This document shows, in pieces, positions 34,899-39,461 of a stretch of 39,461 bases of DNA. Source of the stretch: Coriobacteriia bacterium (lineage in GTDB: Bacteria; Actinomycetota; Coriobacteriia; Anaerosomatales; SLCP01). The position numbers and the translations under genes are program-made. The stretch lies in contig SKKZ01000143.1 of NCBI GenBank assembly GCA_007123455.1, positions 1 through 39,461 on the forward strand, in the 5' to 3' direction. Every line of letters begins with the position of its first letter. Position 1 is the stretch's first letter. The notes under the pieces are model-generated. The model was not told the DNA's origin. It did not search any database and was given only the letters and a program-made list of their open reading frames with translations.

Positions 34899-36422
34899 AT
34901 GCGCATGCCGCACGGACTTCTCTGCAGGGACGATGGCGTCGTACTGCCGCTCGTCATGGGGATAATCTCCGTTCTCACTGTGATTTCCGTAGCGAGTTTC
35001 GCGCTCGCGAGCAACGCGCTTCACGAGACGACACGCACGCAGGGCGAAACCGTTGCATTTCAGATCGCGAACGCCGGAGTAGATGCAGCGCTCGAGCAGG
35101 TGTACCGCAGCGGTTTCGTCGAGGACAACTTCCCGGCGTCCGCTGACTTGTCAGGCGGTACGTACGTGGTCGAAGTCGAGCGCCTGGACAACTCCGAATT
35201 CCAGCTTACGTCCGTTGGTACCGATGCAACCGGTTTCACCGAGACGGTGGTTGTGCGCTTCTTCTACATCAACCTCTGGGAGATGGTCTTCGCCGCCGGT
35301 ACCCAGGAGTCCCTGACGGCCGGTGGTGGAGGGATCACGGGCAACAGCAACGTCACGGGGCCCTTCTACGTTCGCGGGACGGTGAACACCAACGGCGCGG
35401 CGTACATCCATAACGGACCGTGGTTCGTTGACGGTAACGTAAGCGCAGGCGGCAACACGGAGATCGGTTCGACCACCAACCCGATTCAGGTGTATGTTTC
35501 CGGCTCATACAATCTGACGGGAAATGCTACAGACTATCTGCGGAACTTCTCAGTCGCCGTGCCCAAGCTCGAACTCCCGAGGTTGGGCGCTGACGAGCTT
35601 CTCATCGCAGCCGGGAAGGCCCAGGCTGAGTCGATCGACAACCTTATCGGTACCCCCGAATGGTCAGCAGGACCGAACTATGAGGCCGAGGAGGGCGTTC
35701 AGGATCCGCTCGCGTACGACACCATCGACCCGCCGAACACCGCCGGGTTCACCCGTGAGTATGCGCGCAAGGACGACGTCGAACTGCATCGCTTCGGCTA
35801 CAAGTACATCGGGGAGAGCTCGAGTCCCTCGGAACCGCGTCAGGGATCAAGCTCGCTTGTCATCGGGCCCTGGAGCTTCGGAGCATGGCCGGGCAATGGC
35901 TATCCGGTCGACAGCACAAGCAACGACGACTTCGCTTATGACGCTGCGACGAGGACTCTCTACGTCGAAGGTACCGTCTTCGTCGATGGCCCTGTGACGT
36001 TCACGGAGCACATTCGCTACAGGGGCAGAGGGACGATCGTCGCAAACGGAGACGTGCTCATACAAGGCGCGCTGCATCCGGACAACACCGGAGCTACCGA
36101 GGCAGAGAGGCGCAAGATGGGACCGCGCCACGTTCTCGGAATCGCGACACCCGGGAACATCACCGTACAAGGTCCGACCGGGAACGTGCCCAAGCCCGAG
36201 CCTACAGACCCTCCGTATCACTCGCTCGCTATGTATGCTGCCGAGACGATCGCGTTCACGACGAACAACTACTACGTAGGATCGATCGTGGCAGGCCAGA
36301 TCAACATGGGCAACAACAACGTCCACCTCGTGACCGACCCGGATCTGCCGGAGTTCCTTCCCGACAGCCTTCCGGGTCGTGATACGCCGATACTCACGAA
36401 AGGTGCGTGGGCGCGCCAATGA
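34899..36422 (+). CDS. Large PilX-N-like pilus-associated protein with a Gly/Asn-rich beta-helix-like region (candidate tip or adhesin component)
   Basis: Non-canonical hydrophobic N-terminus DDGVVLPLVMGIISVLTVISVASFALASNAL, as in PilX_N-type proteins. It also has GGGGITGNSNVTGPFYVRGTVNTNGAAYIHNGPWFVDGNVSAGGNTEIG. The ATG at 34899 lies 9 nt after AGGAG; the alternative is GTG 34893. Confidence 0.78.
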   Translation: MRMPHGLLCRDDGVVLPLVMGIISVLTVISVASFALASNALHETTRTQGETVAFQIANAGVDAALEQVYRSGFVEDNFPASADLSGGTYVVEVERLDNSEFQLTSVGTDATGFTETVVVRFFYINLWEMVFAAGTQESLTAGGGGITGNSNVTGPFYVRGTVNTNGAAYIHNGPWFVDGNVSAGGNTEIGSTTNPIQVYVSGSYNLTGNATDYLRNFSVAVPKLELPRLGADELLIAAGKAQAESIDNLIGTPEWSAGPNYEAEEGVQDPLAYDTIDPPNTAGFTREYARKDDVELHRFGYKYIGESSSPSEPRQGSSSLVIGPWSFGAWPGNGYPVDSTSNDDFAYDAATRTLYVEGTVFVDGPVTFTEHIRYRGRGTIVANGDVLIQGALHPDNTGATEAERRKMGPRHVLGIATPGNITVQGPTGNVPKPEPTDPPYHSLAMYAAETIAFTTNNYYVGSIVAGQINMGNNNVHLVTDPDLPEFLPDSLPGRDTPILTKGAWARQ

Positions 36423-36581
36423 GACGAACGTATTGCATAACAGCGGCATATGCGCTTTCATTGATGCGGGGAAACATGAGCGGCGCACGGCATTTGATGT
36501 CGCCATCTCTCCGCGGAGCCGACGCAGCATGCATGAGCAGCCTTGACGTAGCAATAGTGGCAGACAGGTAGGGGGGACTCC

Positions 36582-37715
36582 GTGGGCCTCATATCGATGG
36601 GCTCGGGTGCGCCACCGGTGGGTCTCGACATCGGGACCGATCACGTGCGCGCCGCGGTGCTCAAGGCATCCTCTTCGGCTCCCACGCTCGCGGCGTACGG
36701 ACGTGTAGACATGCCGATGGGTGCGGTCGTCGACGGGGAGATCGTCGATCCGGCCGCCGTGTCATCGGCGATCCGGGAACTCTGGCGCCAGCCCGGCATC
36801 AAGGGCCGTGAAGTCCTCACCGGTGTCTCAAACCAGAAGGTAGTCGTCCGCCTCATCGATCTGCCGTTCATGGAGCGCGATGAGTTGCAGGGTGCCATCC
36901 AGTACCAGGCGCAAGACTATATCCCGATACCGGTCGAAGACGCGATCCTCGATTTCCAGATCATCGGCGACTACATGACGCCGGGCGACGAGCACATGAT
37001 GGAGGTGCTCCTCGTCGCCGCTCAGCGCGACACCATCGAGGCAACCGTATCCGCTGTCGAAGGCGCGGGTCTCCGACTCTCGGGCATAGATGTCACGTCG
37101 TTCGCGATCGTGCGCTCGACGCTCGGGAGCGGCCTGAGTGTTCTCGCCGAGGAAGAAGAGGGCCCGGGCGAGGCGGTCGCGGTCATTCACATCGGCTCTG
37201 GTCTCACAAACATCGCCGTGGTCGAGAAGGGCGTTCCCCGGTTCACCCGGGCTTCGTCGCTTTCGGGAAACCAGTTCACCCAGGCCGTGGCAAACGTTCT
37301 GAACCTCACGTTCGACGATGCCGAGCGTCTGAAGATACGAGCCGGACTGCCGGACATCAGCGCCCAAACGCACGCCCAGCCTGATGCTGACGATGCCGAT
37401 GCCCGGATGGTGCAGACGGCGCAGGACGCGCTCGAGCGCGAAGTGAACAAGTTCATCGCTGAGGTGCGTCGCTCGCTCGACTACTACCTGACGCAGACGA
37501 CCCAGGCGCGGACGATTCGTAGAATCCATCTCACCGGCAGCAGTGCTCAGCTCGCTCACATGAACACGTATCTCGAGAAGGGTCTGCAGGCCGAGGTGGT
37601 ACTGAGCGATCCGCTGCGCTTCGTCCAGGTCGGCTCCTCGGCACGGATGGCGGCCGAAGACGACCGCATGGGCGCGGCACCGGCTATCGGCCTGGCACTG
37701 GGGGGTGTGATGTAG
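36582..37715 (+). CDS. pilM: Type IV pilus assembly protein PilM (actin-like ATPase fold)
   Basis: VGLDIGTDHVRAAVL (phosphate-1-like), IDLPFM..EL..AI..QA.DYIP, IHIGSGLTNIAVVEKG and HLTGSSAQL. Confidence 0.92.
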   Translation: MGLISMGSGAPPVGLDIGTDHVRAAVLKASSSAPTLAAYGRVDMPMGAVVDGEIVDPAAVSSAIRELWRQPGIKGREVLTGVSNQKVVVRLIDLPFMERDELQGAIQYQAQDYIPIPVEDAILDFQIIGDYMTPGDEHMMEVLLVAAQRDTIEATVSAVEGAGLRLSGIDVTSFAIVRSTLGSGLSVLAEEEEGPGEAVAVIHIGSGLTNIAVVEKGVPRFTRASSLSGNQFTQAVANVLNLTFDDAERLKIRAGLPDISAQTHAQPDADDADARMVQTAQDALEREVNKFIAEVRRSLDYYLTQTTQARTIRRIHLTGSSAQLAHMNTYLEKGLQAEVVLSDPLRFVQVGSSARMAAEDDRMGAAPAIGLALGGVM

Positions 37716-38339
37716 ATGGTGCGCATCAACCTGCTTCCCCAGGAGATCATCGAGAAGCGCCGTTTCGAGCGCGACATACGTTACGTCGCGTTCGCCGGAG
37801 TCATCGTGCTCGTCGTGCTCTTCGCCGTCTACGGCCTGCTCGCCATCCAGGTCGGGCAGCGCAATGCCGAGCTTCAGGACCGTCAGCAGACCGAGGCGAA
37901 CCTGCGTGCGCAGGCCGAGGCCTTCCGCATCTTCGAGGAGAAGGAATCCGAACTCGAGGCCCGGCTACAGCTCGCGGACGAGGCGCTCGCCGGGCGCGTG
38001 GAGTGGGGCCGTCTCGCTAACGAGGTCTCCCTGATCATGCCGGCCGATGTGTGGCTGGTGACGCTCACCTGCGACGAGGACCAGGGCCTGTCGATGTTCG
38101 CACGGGCGATCGACAACGAGAGCGACGTGCCCGACGTCGGACACAAGGCGGTCGCCAAGACGCTCGTTCGCTTCGCCGATCTCGACCAGCTCTCAAGCGT
38201 CTGGCTGAACTCGTCGATAAAGACCGAGTATGAAGAGCAGCCAGTGATCGACTTCAATGTGACCACCGCCGTCGAACGTCCGGGCCTTGACGAGGACACG
38301 GACGGCGTGCCTGCCCCGCCGCCAGGGTCCGGCCAGTAG
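37716..38339 (+). CDS. pilN: Type IV pilus assembly protein PilN
   Basis: MVRINLLPQEIIEKRR, followed by a TM segment and a coiled coil. It starts directly after the pilM stop. Confidence 0.9.
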   Translation: MVRINLLPQEIIEKRRFERDIRYVAFAGVIVLVVLFAVYGLLAIQVGQRNAELQDRQQTEANLRAQAEAFRIFEEKESELEARLQLADEALAGRVEWGRLANEVSLIMPADVWLVTLTCDEDQGLSMFARAIDNESDVPDVGHKAVAKTLVRFADLDQLSSVWLNSSIKTEYEEQPVIDFNVTTAVERPGLDEDTDGVPAPPPGSGQ

Positions 38340-38356
38340 AGAACGGACGGAGAGAC

Positions 38357-38956
38357 ATGACGCTTTCCTATAGGAACAAGCTCATACTCGCCGGCGCGGT
38401 AGCCGTTCTCCTGGCCGTGCTGGTCCTGCTCCTGCTCGTGATGCCGGCGTTCCAGCGGCTGCGAACGTACGACGACCAGATTGCCGAGGCTGATCGGCAG
38501 ATCTCACAGGCGCAGGCGCTGCTGGCACAACGCCAGGAGGTCAAGGGCCGCTCCCACGAGACGGAAGCCAAGCGCATACGGCTCGCCAACCAGATGCCGG
38601 AGACCCCTGAGCTTCCTTCGCTCATCATCGAGTTGCAGGACACTGTCAACCTGTCCGGGCTCGAGTTCGCCTCGCTGACACCGAGCGAGCCGATACTGGT
38701 CGAGGGCGGCTATTCGGAGATAACGATCGCCATGTTGGTGCGAGGCACGTGGCAGGACACCGTGGACCTGATGCAACGGCTGCCGAGGCTGACCCGCCAG
38801 GTTCGCATTGTCGGCTTCAACACGGCGCAGTCGGCCCAGGACGACGACGATGACGACACGAACGTGGTGGAGACCGGGATGACCATCCGGGTCTACACGA
38901 TGCCTGCGGACGTGGCTCCGGCAGCTGTGCCGCCGGCGCCCGATGCCGAGCAGTAA
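38357..38956 (+). CDS. pilO: Type IV pilus assembly protein PilO
   Basis: N-terminal TM segment, a coiled coil (QIAEADRQISQAQALLAQRQE) and a ferredoxin-like C-terminal segment, in the position after pilN. Confidence 0.85.
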   Translation: MTLSYRNKLILAGAVAVLLAVLVLLLLVMPAFQRLRTYDDQIAEADRQISQAQALLAQRQEVKGRSHETEAKRIRLANQMPETPELPSLIIELQDTVNLSGLEFASLTPSEPILVEGGYSEITIAMLVRGTWQDTVDLMQRLPRLTRQVRIVGFNTAQSAQDDDDDDTNVVETGMTIRVYTMPADVAPAAVPPAPDAEQ

Positions 38957-38978
38957 CGAGTCCAGGGAGCCTGTCGTG

Positions 38979-39461
38979 ATGGATCACATGAAGCCAGAGC
39001 AGAGTGCGAACCGGGATCAGGGACTGGGTTCCGATGTGGGCGCGGTCGAGACGGGCGCCGCTGCTCCGGCGAGTAACCCCGCAGTCATCGTCGCTGCGGT
39101 CGTGATCTTCCTGCTGGTGGCCGCCGCGGCGGCCGCAGCTGTGTATGTGTTCGTGCTCGGCACGTCTGACGACCTTGCACCGGTTATCACTCCGGGAACC
39201 ACGGAGGAGGCTCCGGCCCCGGCGGCGGCTGTCGGGGACCAGTCCGAGCCTGCACCGGTACCGCTCAAGCGCGTCTTCACCTTCCGTGACGTGTTCGAGC
39301 CGCTCATCAAGCCCGCTCCCACTCCTCCGACCGTGACGGGGACAGTGACCGACGAGACCACCGGCACCGCTGCGGTGTCTGACGGGACGCTCACCCTGCT
39401 TGACGTCGTGGCGGTCGACGGTGAGCCTGCCGCGGTGCTCGGACTCAACGGTGAGACCTAC
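38979..39461 (+). CDS. Membrane-anchored PilP-like protein (3'-partial; runs off the window and is absent from the supplied ORF track)
   Basis: My translation from ATG 38979 (10 nt after GGGAG) gives MDHMKPEQSANRDQG...NPAVIVAAVVIFLLVAAAAAAAVYVFVL (TM), then a Pro/Ala/Thr linker, then KRVFTFRDVFEPLIKP...GTLTLLDVVAVDGEPAAVLGLNGETY. The frame has no stop codon to the window end. The RD.F.P plus L.L......G...A.L..NG pattern resembles PilP. The track's minus-strand ORF 39017-39448 is its shadow. Confidence 0.55.
   Translation, partial: MDHMKPEQSANRDQGLGSDVGAVETGAAAPASNPAVIVAAVVIFLLVAAAAAAAVYVFVLGTSDDLAPVITPGTTEEAPAPAAAVGDQSEPAPVPLKRVFTFRDVFEPLIKPAPTPPTVTGTVTDETTGTAAVSDGTLTLLDVVAVDGEPAAVLGLNGETY

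Noticed and set aside
36464-36571. 35-codon ORF (MRGNMSGARHLMSPSLRG...) in the 160-nt gap before pilM
   Set aside because: It has no Shine-Dalgarno sequence, no recognisable peptide features and an unremarkable composition. The gap more likely holds pilM regulatory sequence, though I could not define a convincing promoter (TTGACG at 36543 lacks a matching -10).
1-39461. Search for mobile elements, integrases, toxin-antitoxin pairs, restriction or defence genes, tRNA or rRNA
   Set aside because: No ORF shows transposase, integrase or defence-type motifs. No inverted terminal repeats or tRNA-like sequences were seen in the intergenic gaps.

Overview
Visibly GC-rich bacterial chromosomal window (GC not computed). 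Every gene I can support, about 37 CDS, lies on the + strand. The many long minus-strand and off-frame ORFs in the track look like high-GC shadow ORFs.

Positions 1-22.7 kb are a housekeeping block whose order resembles the Bacillus yrv/yrr region: recJ (here a RecJ-HIRAN-RecQ fusion), relA/spoT, an MBL hydrolase, hisS, aspS, a structured intergenic RNA candidate (6S-like), a lipoprotein, rarA, a DUF948 protein, an anti-sigma/sigma pair, an AI-2E transporter, alaS, ruvX, mltG, an ABC-2 exporter with a TPR-like membrane protein, yqeG and aroE.

From 22.76 kb to the window end lies a type IV pilus (T4P) locus: pilB1, a four-gene cassette, pilB2, pilC, the major pilin with a strong terminator, pilD, three minor-pilin-like genes (two very large), pilM, pilN, pilO and a partial PilP-like ORF that runs off the window.

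The best candidate for an undescribed system is the four-gene cassette between the two PilB paralogues. It encodes a Roadblock/LC7 protein, a DUF4388/PATAN protein carrying MshEN-like motifs, a DUF742-like wHTH and a long Pro/Glu-rich tail, a Ras-like GTPase, and a small membrane protein. It looks like a conservon/MglAB-like small-GTPase switch, possibly linked to c-di-GMP, hard-wired into a pilus machine.

Secondary items are the RecJ-HIRAN-RecQ triple fusion and the 6S-like RNA downstream of aspS. I saw no rRNA, tRNA, CRISPR, transposase or integrase.
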